From: Methanococcus maripaludis
Lineage (GTDB): Archaea > AGJL01 > Methanococci > Methanococcales > Methanococcaceae
Length of the DNA stretch: 32,000 bases
Assembly: GCF_002945325.1 (NCBI RefSeq)
Contig: NZ_CP026606.1
Location: 1,110,001-1,142,000 of the forward strand
Direction of reading: 5' to 3'
In this document: piece by piece, positions 1 through 9,488 of the stretch
Layout: the number at the start of each line of letters is the position of its first letter
Numbering within the stretch: position 1 is the stretch's first letter
Program-made: the position numbers and the translations under genes
The notes under the pieces: model-generated
What the model was told of the DNA's origin: nothing
Seen by the model: the letters and a program-made list of their open reading frames with translations, nothing else
The model's database searches: none

Positions 1-1345
1 TTGCAAGTGAAGCAAAAATTCCGAATAAACAAAGAATGGCAGAAACTTTAAATGATGCAGTTATCCCTTGAAGGAATAGCGGACTGAATTCTGCGGAAAT
101 TGGGTTATTTCCAACATAAAATGCGATCAATACAGTTATTATTGCCATACTGGTCATCTGACCCAAAATCCTTACAGTTGCAAGCATTGCAGAAGCAACT
201 CCTGCAAATTTCCTTTCAACTGAACTCATTATTGCATTCGTGTTTGGGGAGCTAAAAAGTGCAAATCCAAATCCGAGAAGCATTAAATTTAATATTATCT
301 GATAAATACTCGTATCTAACTTAATAAATGAAAATAGCACTAATCCGCTACAGGTAATTCCCATTCCAAGGGATGCTAAAATCCTAGGTTCAATTTTATC
401 GGATAATTTTCCGGTAATTGGTGAAAATATTGCCTGTACAAGGGGCTGTGCTAAAAGGATTATTCCTGCATCTTGGGCAGAAAATCCTCTCAAACTTTGA
501 AGATAAAAACTGATCAAAAATGCCACTGCATAAGTTGCACCGTAATTTAACAGTGCAGCAAGGTTCGACATTGAAAATGCAAGATTTTTCGTAATGAGTT
601 TGATGTTCAGAATTGGATTTTCTGTTTTATGCTCTCTATGGATAAATATAGATCCAAAAAGCAATGACACGAGTATAAAAATAGATCCTCCTGAACTAAA
701 GGTAATAAATCCATATACTAAGAATACAAGTGAAATTATGTATGTAATCGAGCCGAAATAGTCAAATGTTTCGCCTTTTGCGTCACACCACTCGTTTAAA
801 ACGAATTTCTTGGCAATAATGTATGTTAAAATTCCAATAATTCCTGAAAATAAAAATATACTTCTCCATCCAAAATAATGGGTCAAAATTCCTCCGAGGA
901 ATGGCCCTAAACTAAGACCAATGTAAACTGTGGCAATATTAATTCCAAGGGCTTTTCCTCTTTCGTTTAAGGGGTAAAATGAGGTTAATATTGCAATAGC
1001 AGTTCCAAATATCATGGCACTACCTATTCCTTGAAGTATCCGAAGTAAAATCAAATGAGTGATTGATCCGGAAAATATCCCCATTAACGAGGATAATCCA
1101 AAAATTAACAGTCCATTTAATAAAATTCGTTTCCTACCAATAATATCTGCAATTCTTCCAAAGGGGAGTAAAAGTGCAGAACTTGCAAGTAGGAATGAAG
1201 TTACAAGCCAGCTTAAAAGGATAGTATCGGCTGAAAATTCTGTTCCAATACTTGGAAGAGCAAGATTCAATGCAGTGCTCATAAAAGGAGTTAAAAATGA
1301 TGATATCGCGGCAACAACTGCCACAATGGATTTTTCATTTTTCAT
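1..1345 (-). CDS. MFS multidrug exporter, EmrB/QacA-like (3' end truncated by window edge)
   Basis: Minus-strand reading from cat at 1343-1345 gives MKNEKSIVAVVAAISSFLTPFMSTALNLALPSIGTEFSADTILLSWLVTSFLLASSALLLPFGRIADIVGRKRILLNGLLIFG..., with the MFS motif GRIADIVGRKR and many hydrophobic helices. Open to the window edge. Confidence 0.9.
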   Translation of the reverse strand, partial: MKNEKSIVAVVAAISSFLTPFMSTALNLALPSIGTEFSADTILLSWLVTSFLLASSALLLPFGRIADIIGRKRILLNGLLIFGLSSLMGIFSGSITHLILLRILQGIGSAMIFGTAIAILTSFYPLNERGKALGINIATVYIGLSLGPFLGGILTHYFGWRSIFLFSGIIGILTYIIAKKFVLNEWCDAKGETFDYFGSITYIISLVFLVYGFITFSSGGSIFILVSLLFGSIFIHREHKTENPILNIKLITKNLAFSMSNLAALLNYGATYAVAFLISFYLQSLRGFSAQDAGIILLAQPLVQAIFSPITGKLSDKIEPRILASLGMGITCSGLVLFSFIKLDTSIYQIILNLMLLGFGFALFSSPNTNAIMSSVERKFAGVASAMLATVRILGQMTSMAIITVLIAFYVGNNPISAEFSPLFLQGITASFKVSAILCLFGIFASLA

Positions 1346-1419
1346 GTGAATCGCCAAATATATATTGTCCTAATTCTATAATCTATTTAAGCAAATAAAA
1401 AAACTTATCGGGTGAATTT

Positions 1420-1662
1420 ATGGTAAAAATTGAAGTATTTACATCACCAATGTGTCCACACTGTCCAGCAGCTAAAAGAATAGTTGATGAAGTTGCAAAA
1501 GAGATTGAGGGAATTGAAGTTGTACATATCAATGTAATGGAACACCCTGAAAAGGCTGCTGAACTTGGAATCATGGCAGTTCCTACCGTTGCAATAAACG
1601 GGGAAGTTAAGTTTGTTGGAGCCCCAACAAAAGATGCATTAATTGCAGAACTTAAAAAATAA
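1420..1662 (+). CDS. Small thioredoxin/glutaredoxin-like protein
   Basis: 80 aa, MVKIEVFTSPMCPHCPAAKRIVDEVAKEI..., with CPHC redox motif and cis-Pro region MAVPTVAING. Confidence 0.92.
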   Translation: MVKIEVFTSPMCPHCPAAKRIVDEVAKEIEGIEVVHINVMEHPEKAAELGIMAVPTVAINGEVKFVGAPTKDALIAELKK

Positions 1663-1775
1663 CTCATTTTATATTTTATTTAATATTAATTCACTTTTAA
1701 AAATCAGGAAGGATTGAAAACACATAAAGAATGGTTGTGTACAATAATGACATATCTACAAATTATGGTGTAATC

Positions 1776-2591
1776 ATGATAAAAGAGATAAACGTAAAAT
1801 CACTCAGAAGTCCCGCAATGCTCGTTGAAAAAGTAATCGAGAACACGAAAGGCGGAATTTTGTTGATCGAAACCGATGGGGATTCCCAAATCAAAGAAAT
1901 TTCCGAATTAATTAAAAAAATGGGTTATAAAATGGAAGTTGACGGAACAAACGTTAAAGTAAGCATTGGAGAAATTGAAGCTACAAAATCCATAAATGTT
2001 GTTGGTGCAAGCTGTCCTGGACCAATTTTAATGGTTGGTGAAGTTTTAGAACGGATGGCTGTTGGGGAAATACTCGAAATTGTTGCAGGAGCAAATGCAT
2101 TCACCGATCTTACTGAAGGACTGAAAAGCATGGGAAATGACATACTTTCAGCAGAAAAGACGGATGATGGAAATTACAAGATTTTAATTAAAAAAGAAGA
2201 AAAGAAAAAAGAACTTGGGGTTTCAGTTGATATCGATGAGGTATTTATTATCAACATGACTGGAACAGGAAATGCAGAAAAAGCATACGCAACGTTCATG
2301 ATGACGGAAGTTGCCCAGAATATGAAATTAAAGCCAACTATCTTTTTAATGTTTGACGGGGCAAGTCTTGCATTGAAAGGAGAATGTGACAAGGTAAAAC
2401 ACCCTGCATTCCCAAAACTTGGCGATAAATTACGGGCCGCGTTAAAATCAGGAGTTAAAATTTACGTATGCGAAATGAGCTCCGAATTCAGGGGCGTTGA
2501 TAAAAAACTTGAAGATGGAATCGAAATTGCAGGAGCACCTACATTCTTTAGATTTCTTTCAAAACCAAATGCAAGGCCAGTATGGTTATAA
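1776..2591 (+). CDS. TusA-TusA-DsrE/YedF-like fusion protein (putative sulfur or selenium carrier)
   Basis: Start MIKEINVKSLRSPAM, preceded by GGTG. N-terminal TusA-like segment (LRSP, Cys replaced), second TusA-like segment (ASCPGPILMVGEVL), C-terminal DsrE-like segment (VFIINMTGTGNAEKAYATFMM...KPTIFLMFDGASLA...GVKIYVC). The ORF-track start at 1731 is upstream of the likely start. Confidence 0.85.
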   Translation: MIKEINVKSLRSPAMLVEKVIENTKGGILLIETDGDSQIKEISELIKKMGYKMEVDGTNVKVSIGEIEATKSINVVGASCPGPILMVGEVLERMAVGEILEIVAGANAFTDLTEGLKSMGNDILSAEKTDDGNYKILIKKEEKKKELGVSVDIDEVFIINMTGTGNAEKAYATFMMTEVAQNMKLKPTIFLMFDGASLALKGECDKVKHPAFPKLGDKLRAALKSGVKIYVCEMSSEFRGVDKKLEDGIEIAGAPTFFRFLSKPNARPVWL

Positions 2592-2604
2592 TTAAGGTGA
2601 AAAT

Positions 2605-2934
2605 ATGTCAAATGAAATAATGCTTGTATCTTTAGCTTTAATTTTTGGTTCAATGCTTTCTGGATTTGCAACATTTAGAATGAGCGGAATGAGATTAATG
2701 CCTCACTTTATAGCTTTAATTTTGGCATTTATACTCACTATTGGAACGTTCTTAACTTCAAATACGATAGTATTTTACTTGGCAATCTTATTCCAGATTT
2801 TAGCGCCAATAACCGTTTGCGGAACCATTTGTAACATTATAAAGACCCAGTACCAAACTACGGGAATATATTCGTCCCACCTCGCATTAATGGGCATGAT
2901 GATCGTACTTGCAATTGGAAACTTATTAATGTAA
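2605..2934 (+). CDS. Small integral membrane protein of unknown function
   Basis: 109 aa with 3-4 hydrophobic segments; starts 13 bp after the previous stop with an AAGGTG ribosome-binding site. Confidence 0.8.
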   Translation: MSNEIMLVSLALIFGSMLSGFATFRMSGMRLMPHFIALILAFILTIGTFLTSNTIVFYLAILFQILAPITVCGTICNIIKTQYQTTGIYSSHLALMGMMIVLAIGNLLM

Positions 2935-2961
2935 TTTGCAGTACATTTTATATTTTAAAAT

Positions 2962-2988
2962 AACTCTCTAAATTTTATTTTTTTAGAG
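2962..2988. terminator. Candidate bidirectional terminator hairpin
   Basis: Perfect 9-bp inverted repeat AACTCTAAA-(TTTTATTTT)-TTTAGAGTT between convergent genes ending at 2934 and 3051. Confidence 0.45.
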
Positions 2989-3050
2989 TTTCAAAAAAGA
3001 AAAAAATTAAAAGATCAGTAGTGCCTGATAATTGGCCTGTTTTAAAATAA

Positions 3051-3773
3051 TCACTGGTTAAAATAACCTTCTTGTTCAAGTTCGAGGATTATATCATTAA
3101 TTTTTGATTTAAGTTCTTTATTGTTTTTATTAACTGCAATTCCTGAGTAAATGGTTGCAATTGGTTCATTTAAACATTTTATGCCTGAATTTTGAACAGT
3201 ATCAAAGTTATTTTTTTCGCTTATTATTGCATCGACATTTCCGCTCTCTAATGCATCATATAATTCATCATGGGTGGCATATCTGCAAACTTGAAAATCA
3301 ATGCTTTTTAAAAGTTCAGATGATTTATCATCATCGATAGTTCCTGCTGTTACACCAACTTTCTGTCCTACGATATCTGTTAATTTTTCAATGTCGCTGT
3401 CTTTAGGTATCACAAGAATTATGTCAGTTTTTGAATAGGCCCTGCTAAACGAAACGATTTTTTCTCTTTCAGGAGTTACTGCAAGATCAGATATTGCGCA
3501 GTCAACTTCATTATTTGCCACAGCATTTAAAAGATCGGAAAACCTGTATTCTTTGTATTCCACTTTCAAATCCATTCTTTTTGCAATTTCTGAAATTAAA
3601 TCAACTTCATAACCTTTTAATTCGCCATTTTCTTCGTAAACTGCTGGTGGTACGTATTTAAACACTCCTACAGTCAATACTCCCTCTTTCAATGTAGTTG
3701 GATTAGAATCAGATGAAATACATGCGCACGAGGTTATTACCAAAAGGACTGAAAATATGACCATTTTTTTCAT
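3051..3773 (-). CDS. Amino-acid-type ABC transporter substrate-binding lipoprotein (family 3)
   Basis: MKKMVIFSVLLVITSCACISSDSNP lipobox-like signal, then GVLTVGVFKYVPPAVYEENGELKGYEVDLISEIAKRM, typical of the SBP_bac_3 family. Confidence 0.88.
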   Translation of the reverse strand: MKKMVIFSVLLVITSCACISSDSNPTTLKEGVLTVGVFKYVPPAVYEENGELKGYEVDLISEIAKRMDLKVEYKEYRFSDLLNAVANNEVDCAISDLAVTPEREKIVSFSRAYSKTDIILVIPKDSDIEKLTDIVGQKVGVTAGTIDDDKSSELLKSIDFQVCRYATHDELYDALESGNVDAIISEKNNFDTVQNSGIKCLNEPIATIYSGIAVNKNNKELKSKINDIILELEQEGYFNQ

Positions 3774-3934
3774 GAGCTTCCCCTTAGAAATTATCAAAAT
3801 ACAAAAAGATTAAAATTAACATTATAGATGCCATTTAATAAATATTTAGGGGACAATATTTTATTTTTATATTGTGACCGGTAATTTAGATATTGGTTTT
3901 GGAAAAATGGTTATTGAAATTTGGTGAAATTTTA

Positions 3935-4483
3935 ATGTTAATAAAAACTTTACAAAAAACGGATATTGATTTATTTTATTTAGTAAATTCGGGAGTTACA
4001 AACCCCTTTTTTGATTTTTTGACTATTTTTATAAGTGACACAGTATACATTTCGATTTTGTTGATTTCTTATCTTTCATTTAAAAATGATAAAAAAGTGT
4101 TAATCCAAGTTTTATTTGCAATGTTTCTTTTATCCATTCTAGTATTTGCTGTAAAATATGGAGTAAGCGAGCCAAGACCTTACGAAATGATTGAAGGAGT
4201 AATTCTTTTAAAAAATATGGGAACACAGCCATCATTCCCAAGCGGGCATACAACGCTTGCATTTGGATTTTGGATAATTTTTACAAGAAATATTAAAAAT
4301 TCAAAAATAATAAGTTCAAAAAAAGCATTTGAAATAATGTTAATGCTTTTATGGGCATTTTTAGTTGCATTTAGCAGGGTTTACGTTGGAGTGCATTATC
4401 CACACGACGTGCTTGGAGGAATGGTTCTTGGAATAATATTTGGCTATATTTTTGTTAGGTTTTCAGAAAAAATTATTAAATAA
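3935..4483 (+). CDS. PAP2-family membrane phosphatase
   Basis: Phosphatase motifs KYGVSEPRP, PSFPSGHTT and SRVYVGVHYPHDVLGG. Start after GGTGAAATTTTA. Confidence 0.9.
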   Translation: MLIKTLQKTDIDLFYLVNSGVTNPFFDFLTIFISDTVYISILLISYLSFKNDKKVLIQVLFAMFLLSILVFAVKYGVSEPRPYEMIEGVILLKNMGTQPSFPSGHTTLAFGFWIIFTRNIKNSKIISSKKAFEIMLMLLWAFLVAFSRVYVGVHYPHDVLGGMVLGIIFGYIFVRFSEKIIK

Positions 4484-4485
4484 GT

Positions 4486-6135
4486 TTATTGGTTCATAAA
4501 CTTTGAATTACTTCTTTCAATAAATTTTTCGCAGATTTCTTCTGGATTTCCATCCATTAAGAGTTTTCCTTCATCAATTAATATTGCACGGTCACTTATC
4601 TCTTTTATTAACTCAACGTGGTGGCTTATTAGTATAATCGTGGTTCCAACGGTATCATTTATCTTTTTGAGATAATTTGAGACTTCTCTGAGTGTTAAAG
4701 GGTCGAGATCTCCAAATGGCTCATCTAACAATAATATATCTGGTTCTAATGCCAACTGGAGCGCCATTGCAACTCTTACTTTTTCCCCACCACTTAATTC
4801 TGTTGGTTTTTTGTTTAAAGTTTCTTTATTTAAGTCTAGTGCATCTAAAAGGTCATTAGCATCGTATTCAACTTGTTTTGCCGGGAAAAGCTGTCTTACA
4901 ACCATTTCAGAAATTCCGATTTTATCAAGCTTGTTTCTCATTTCAGTTTCTGGAAGGTCTAAAAGCTGGTAGAGCCCATCAACCATTTTTGGAGAAATTC
5001 CAAGTTCAGCAGCTTTTAATTTTGCACTTTCAACGGTTTCAATACTTTTTACACCGAGTCTATATTTTAAAAGTTCATTTACTGTTAAGTAATGTGCAAG
5101 GGAAAATTCTTGGTGCATAATTCCGATTTTTCGTCGTAAATTCATCCGATTCCATCCGAAATCTTTTAAATCGATTCCTTCGAGTTTAACTACTCCTTTG
5201 TCAGGTGCTTCAAGTCCTGCAAGAAGTCTGAGAATTACGGATTTTCCGGTTCCACTTGGGCCGAGGATTGATAAAATCTCTTTTTCTTTAACTTCAAAAG
5301 AAATATCTTTTAAATTGAGTGTTTCTCCGCCGTTTACAACATAATATCTTTTAGACGCATCTTCAACTTCTACAATTGTTTTTTCAGTTGGTTTAGACGT
5401 TCTATCATACGTTTCAACCATATCTTTTAAAAATTCGTCAACTACGTTTTGCGGAGTATCCCTCATTACTATTTTTCCGTTTTCAATTAAAATGCAGGAT
5501 TTACATAAGTATTTATGAATTTCTGGAAGGTGTGAAGTTACAATTATCGTAACGCCCAATTTTTCGTTTATATTTTTTAAAACATCTAAAAGAATCTGTT
5601 TTGAAGCAGGGCATGCCATTGTTGCAGGTTCATCAAGTAAAAGTACTCCGTCACCGCCTTTTGCGTAAATTTTTGCAAGTTGCCGTCCTAAAATTAGTCT
5701 TTGTTTTTCCCCGCCACTTAAAATATTTGAGTAAGCATCTTTTTTATGTTCTAATCCGACTAATTTTAAAATTTCCGTAGCATCTTTCCTATATTCTTCC
5801 ATTTCTTCTTCTAAAGGGAGTCCTTCGTCTGAATCAGTTCTAACTGCGTAGAGTTTTCTGATAATATTATATATTGCAGGTTCTGCCCACAAAGCAAAAT
5901 TTCTCTGAAGGTGAATTGCAGTAATTTCTCTTAAATTTTCAGTTTTTCCACAAACTTCGATTTTTCCTTCGTCAAAACTTTCAACTCCTCGAAGTATCTT
6001 TATCAGTGTTGTTTTTCCAGCACCTGATTTTCCGATAATGCCCAATATATCTCCTTTTTTAACGTCAAAACTAACGTTATCAAGAGCAACCTTTTCTCCA
6101 TACCGTTTTGTTAAATTCTCGACTGTTACGGCCAT
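4486..6135 (-). CDS. atwA: Methyl-coenzyme M reductase component A2 (double ABC ATPase)
   Basis: Two ABC ATPase modules (Walker A GKSGAGKTT and GPSGTGKS; signatures LSGGEKQRLI and LSGGEKVRVA), architecture of AtwA. Start MAVTVENLTKRYG preceded by GGTG. Confidence 0.9.
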   Translation of the reverse strand: MAVTVENLTKRYGEKVALDNVSFDVKKGDILGIIGKSGAGKTTLIKILRGVESFDEGKIEVCGKTENLREITAIHLQRNFALWAEPAIYNIIRKLYAVRTDSDEGLPLEEEMEEYRKDATEILKLVGLEHKKDAYSNILSGGEKQRLILGRQLAKIYAKGGDGVLLLDEPATMACPASKQILLDVLKNINEKLGVTIIVTSHLPEIHKYLCKSCILIENGKIVMRDTPQNVVDEFLKDMVETYDRTSKPTEKTIVEVEDASKRYYVVNGGETLNLKDISFEVKEKEILSILGPSGTGKSVILRLLAGLEAPDKGVVKLEGIDLKDFGWNRMNLRRKIGIMHQEFSLAHYLTVNELLKYRLGVKSIETVESAKLKAAELGISPKMVDGLYQLLDLPETEMRNKLDKIGISEMVVRQLFPAKQVEYDANDLLDALDLNKETLNKKPTELSGGEKVRVAMALQLALEPDILLLDEPFGDLDPLTLREVSNYLKKINDTVGTTIILISHHVELIKEISDRAILIDEGKLLMDGNPEEICEKFIERSNSKFMNQ

Positions 6136-6287
6136 AATTTCACCAAAATTATCATGAACATAAATGTACCATAATCTATATATATTTAGTTTTTTAAAGG
6201 TATTTATCATTATAATTAATGATAGATTAAGAGGATTTTTAAATTTAGCATTTTAAATCGAGTTTTTTGGTCCCTAACGGTGGTAAT

Positions 6288-6644
6288 ATGGATTTACAAC
6301 TTGCTTCCTTTATAACTGCAGGTATTTTAATTGTTATTGGGTTATATGGGACTTTCTTTGTTGACAATGTTCTGAAAAAAATTATCGCACTTTCTGCGCT
6401 TGGAAATGGCGTAAATTTGACACTGATTGCAATAGGATACACTGGCGGAATAGTTCCTATTAAAGCACCAGAAATGGAATTTGCACTGTTTTCAACTCTT
6501 GCAAGCTATCCACTTCCACAAGCGCTTGTTCTTACAAATATCGTTATTGAGGCCTCAATGCTTGCGATAATGCTCGGACTTTCAATAGTGTTCTACAAAA
6601 AATACAAAACATTAAAATCTTCAGAAATATTGAAAGAAGATTAA
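6288..6644 (+). CDS. ehbE: Energy-converting hydrogenase B subunit E (MnhC/NuoK-like)
   Basis: Small membrane protein with MnhC-like ALGNGVNLTLIAIGY; first gene of the ehb cluster; starts after GGTGGTAAT. Confidence 0.85.
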   Translation: MDLQLASFITAGILIVIGLYGTFFVDNVLKKIIALSALGNGVNLTLIAIGYTGGIVPIKAPEMEFALFSTLASYPLPQALVLTNIVIEASMLAIMLGLSIVFYKKYKTLKSSEILKED

Positions 6645-6669
6645 CGATTTAATTCAAACGGTGAGCTCA

Positions 6670-8118
6670 ATGAACTTACTTCCCCTGATTGTAGTTTTTC
6701 CTATGTTCGTGGCCATCATATTCAATTATCTTAACGGGAAAGATAAACTAATCAGGCCAATGACACTTATTATGGCTATTCTATTGTTAGCACTTCCATT
6801 TATTGGATCGTATGGAATTTATAACTTCGGAGCCCACGGTTTAGAAAATGGGCTTATTTCAGGAATATCTTACTTTTATACTCCAGTGAAACAGCTTATT
6901 ATCACCGTTATAATGTTAATCGGATCTTTAGTGTTGATAACCGGACTCGGAGAAAAAAAGTCAAGCGGTCTTTTTGTAGCTTTAATGTTAATGGGGTTAG
7001 CGAGTGTTTCAGCAGTAGTTATGGCAGATGACCTCTTTAATATCTATGTATTTTACGAAATAGCTGCAATTGCACAAACTGGACTTGTTATCGCATCAGG
7101 TACCGAAAAAGCGTATAGATCTGCTTTTAGATATTTAATACTTGGTAATTTTGCAGGTTCAATTCTTTTACTTGGGGTTTCAATGCTTTTGGCGGCAACT
7201 GGAACTTTAAATATCACAGATATGCACAATTTCCTTTTAAACAATCCAGCAACTCCAACGATATATGGTGGGCTTTTAATGCTTATTATCGGGCTCTGTT
7301 ACGGTAGCGGTCTTCCACCGTTCCACACGGTAAAAGCAGATATTTACGCAAGAGCAAAACCTTATATTGCTGCAATGCTCCAGACATACTCAAAATTCGT
7401 ACTGGTTGCATTATTGCTTGTAATTTTCAAGTTATTTGGTGGACTTTCTTATTTTGCAAGTGCACACGGAGTTTTAATCGGACTTTCCGTTTTAGGGATG
7501 GTTTTCGGAGTTGTAATGGCGCTTTTACAAACTGACTATAAAAAACTGCTTGCATACCACGCGATAAGTCAGGGTGGCTATGTTGCAGCAGGGATTGCAC
7601 TTGGAACTCCGTTAGGAATTGTTGCAGGAATATTTCACGCAATAAACCACGTCATCTATAAAAGCGCGCTGTTTTTAGGTGCCCACATAGTTGAAAGAAG
7701 AAATGCAGGAAATTTAAACAAACTTGGTGGTCTTCTTCCAGTAATTCCAGCAACTGCATTCATGGTTTTATGCGCAAAACTTGCAATCAGCGGTGTACCT
7801 CCATTCAACGGATTCCAGAGTAAATTATTGTTAGCAGAAGCTGCAATGAATGTAAATATGCCTGAACTTGCAATAATTATGATTCTTGTGAGTATCGGAA
7901 CGTTTGTATCAATGATGAAGGCATTTTACTTAATTTACTTAAAGCCTTGCAGTCAGGAACAGCTTGAAGAATACAAAAAAGCAAAACCTTCAAAATACGC
8001 GGTATTTTCACTTGCGGTTTTAACATTTTTGTGCATACTTTTAGGTATATTCCCAAACCTTGCAACAGACATAATTTATCCATTTGCAAACGAAATTGGA
8101 AGGGTATGGACTTTATAG
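6670..8118 (+). CDS. ehbF: Energy-converting hydrogenase B subunit F (NuoN/MnhD-like)
   Basis: Multi-pass antiporter-like protein with GSGLPPFHTVKADIYARAKPYIAAMLQTYSKF and AISQGGYVAAG...HAINHVIYKSALFLGAH. Confidence 0.93.
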   Translation: MNLLPLIVVFPMFVAIIFNYLNGKDKLIRPMTLIMAILLLALPFIGSYGIYNFGAHGLENGLISGISYFYTPVKQLIITVIMLIGSLVLITGLGEKKSSGLFVALMLMGLASVSAVVMADDLFNIYVFYEIAAIAQTGLVIASGTEKAYRSAFRYLILGNFAGSILLLGVSMLLAATGTLNITDMHNFLLNNPATPTIYGGLLMLIIGLCYGSGLPPFHTVKADIYARAKPYIAAMLQTYSKFVLVALLLVIFKLFGGLSYFASAHGVLIGLSVLGMVFGVVMALLQTDYKKLLAYHAISQGGYVAAGIALGTPLGIVAGIFHAINHVIYKSALFLGAHIVERRNAGNLNKLGGLLPVIPATAFMVLCAKLAISGVPPFNGFQSKLLLAEAAMNVNMPELAIIMILVSIGTFVSMMKAFYLIYLKPCSQEQLEEYKKAKPSKYAVFSLAVLTFLCILLGIFPNLATDIIYPFANEIGRVWTL

Positions 8119-8135
8119 TCTAATTTGGTGATAAA

Positions 8136-8444
8136 ATGACTTACGGCGATTTCAAAAAAGAAATGGACGAACAAAACCACGGAGACGGAATTTCTGTTGG
8201 TGCAGTTTTAACAGCTGAATTTACGCTTTACGGATTTTTAATCCTGTCTTTATTTTTAATTTTTAGGGTATATGGAAATCTTTTGATGGTGCTGATTGGA
8301 CTCTCAGTAATCGGTTTAGCGTACTCCTGGATGCCATTAATATTCAAATTTCAAAAAGAAAATTCAAACGATGTAAATAACCAGCTTTTCTGGCTTTCGA
8401 TGTTTTCAGGAATTCTGACGATGGTTATTTACTTTGCCAGATAA
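8136..8444 (+). CDS. ehbG: Energy-converting hydrogenase B subunit G
   Basis: 102-aa membrane protein in the ehb operon; assigned by size and gene order. Confidence 0.8.
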   Translation: MTYGDFKKEMDEQNHGDGISVGAVLTAEFTLYGFLILSLFLIFRVYGNLLMVLIGLSVIGLAYSWMPLIFKFQKENSNDVNNQLFWLSMFSGILTMVIYFAR

Positions 8445-8453
8445 GGTGGTAAA

Positions 8454-9215
8454 ATGACTCAAAAAAGAGAAATTGCAGTTTTTCTGTCATTTGTATTTTT
8501 TGGATCGGCAATAATCTATTCATTATTTAATATAAATGCCGTAGAGGGTGTAAATTATATCTACACTCAAAATTATATCGTTCCAAACTTAATAACGGCA
8601 GTTCTGTTCGACTGGCGAGGTTTTGACACTCTTGGAGAATGTATGATTCTTGTAACTTCTGTTTTAGTTACCGGAATGGTTTTTGGAAGAGGATTATTCG
8701 AAACAGAATTTTTAAAAGAAGTTTATTCAGACTCTAAACCAGAATCCGATACTGAAATTGGATTTACTTCAATAATTAAAGTTTTAGCAATGCCTTTCAG
8801 TATATTATTAATGGCTTTGGGAATTTCCATAATATTGGGCGGGCACATAACTCCAGGTGGAGGATTTCAGGGTGGTTCTTTAATTGCAGCAGCATATATT
8901 TTAAGCATCGTTGCATTTGGATCAAAAACTCCAATTAAATTTAAACACCACTTTTTAGAGTCTTTAGAATCTTTCGGAGCGATATTATTCATGTCTTTAG
9001 GGGTTCTTGGAATAATTGTTTCAGGGTATTATCTCTTTAATTTTGGAGATTTATTTGGATATCCTGTATTTTTATCCCCTTCAGGACTTGAAAATACTGG
9101 AATTATTCCTTATTTGAATATTGCAGTAGGTTTAAAGGTTTTAGCAGGTCTTTCAACAATTACATTCCTATTAACTGGTGAAAAGGTAGTTAAAGACTAC
9201 ATCGTCAGGGAATAG
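8454..9215 (+). CDS. ehbHI: Energy-converting hydrogenase B subunit HI (MnhB-like domain at C-terminus)
   Basis: 253 aa; C-terminal MnhB-like [31 protein letters not shown]-terminal hydrophobic extra domain. Confidence 0.8.
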   Translation: MTQKREIAVFLSFVFFGSAIIYSLFNINAVEGVNYIYTQNYIVPNLITAVLFDWRGFDTLGECMILVTSVLVTGMVFGRGLFETEFLKEVYSDSKPESDTEIGFTSIIKVLAMPFSILLMALGISIILGGHITPGGGFQGGSLIAAAYILSIVAFGSKTPIKFKHHFLESLESFGAILFMSLGVLGIIVSGYYLFNFGDLFGYPVFLSPSGLENTGIIPYLNIAVGLKVLAGLSTITFLLTGEKVVKDYIVRE

Positions 9216-9226
9216 TCGGTGATACA

Positions 9227-9487
9227 ATGTACAATTTAGCACTCAATCAAATCATGACTTTAAATTTGAATTTTGTGGCCATTATCGGCGTTTTAGTTGG
9301 TCTTCTTTTGGGATTAAAAATAGAAAATAAAAATAACGTAATTTTATGGTTACTTGGAGCATTAATTATCTCGTATTTAATGGGCCCAACGCCTTATTAT
9401 GAATCAATACCATTTTCACACATATTTTTCTCAGGAATTGTAGGAATTTTAATCGGTAGTGGAATTAAAGGTATTTCCGGGCGATAA
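9227..9487 (+). CDS. ehbJ: Energy-converting hydrogenase B subunit J
   Basis: 86-aa hydrophobic protein between HI and K subunits; assigned by position. Confidence 0.75.
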   Translation: MYNLALNQIMTLNLNFVAIIGVLVGLLLGLKIENKNNVILWLLGALIISYLMGPTPYYESIPFSHIFFSGIVGILIGSGIKGISGR

Positions 9488-9488
9488 T

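Noticed and set aside
1059-1349. 96-aa plus-strand ORF
   Set aside because: Antisense to the well-supported MFS transporter gene.
1383-1667. 94-aa minus-strand ORF
   Set aside because: Antisense shadow of the thioredoxin-like gene.
7053-8089. Small ORFs within ehbF (7053-7244, 7427-7642, 7877-8089)
   Set aside because: Overlap a strongly supported coding gene; no initiation context or recognisable domain.
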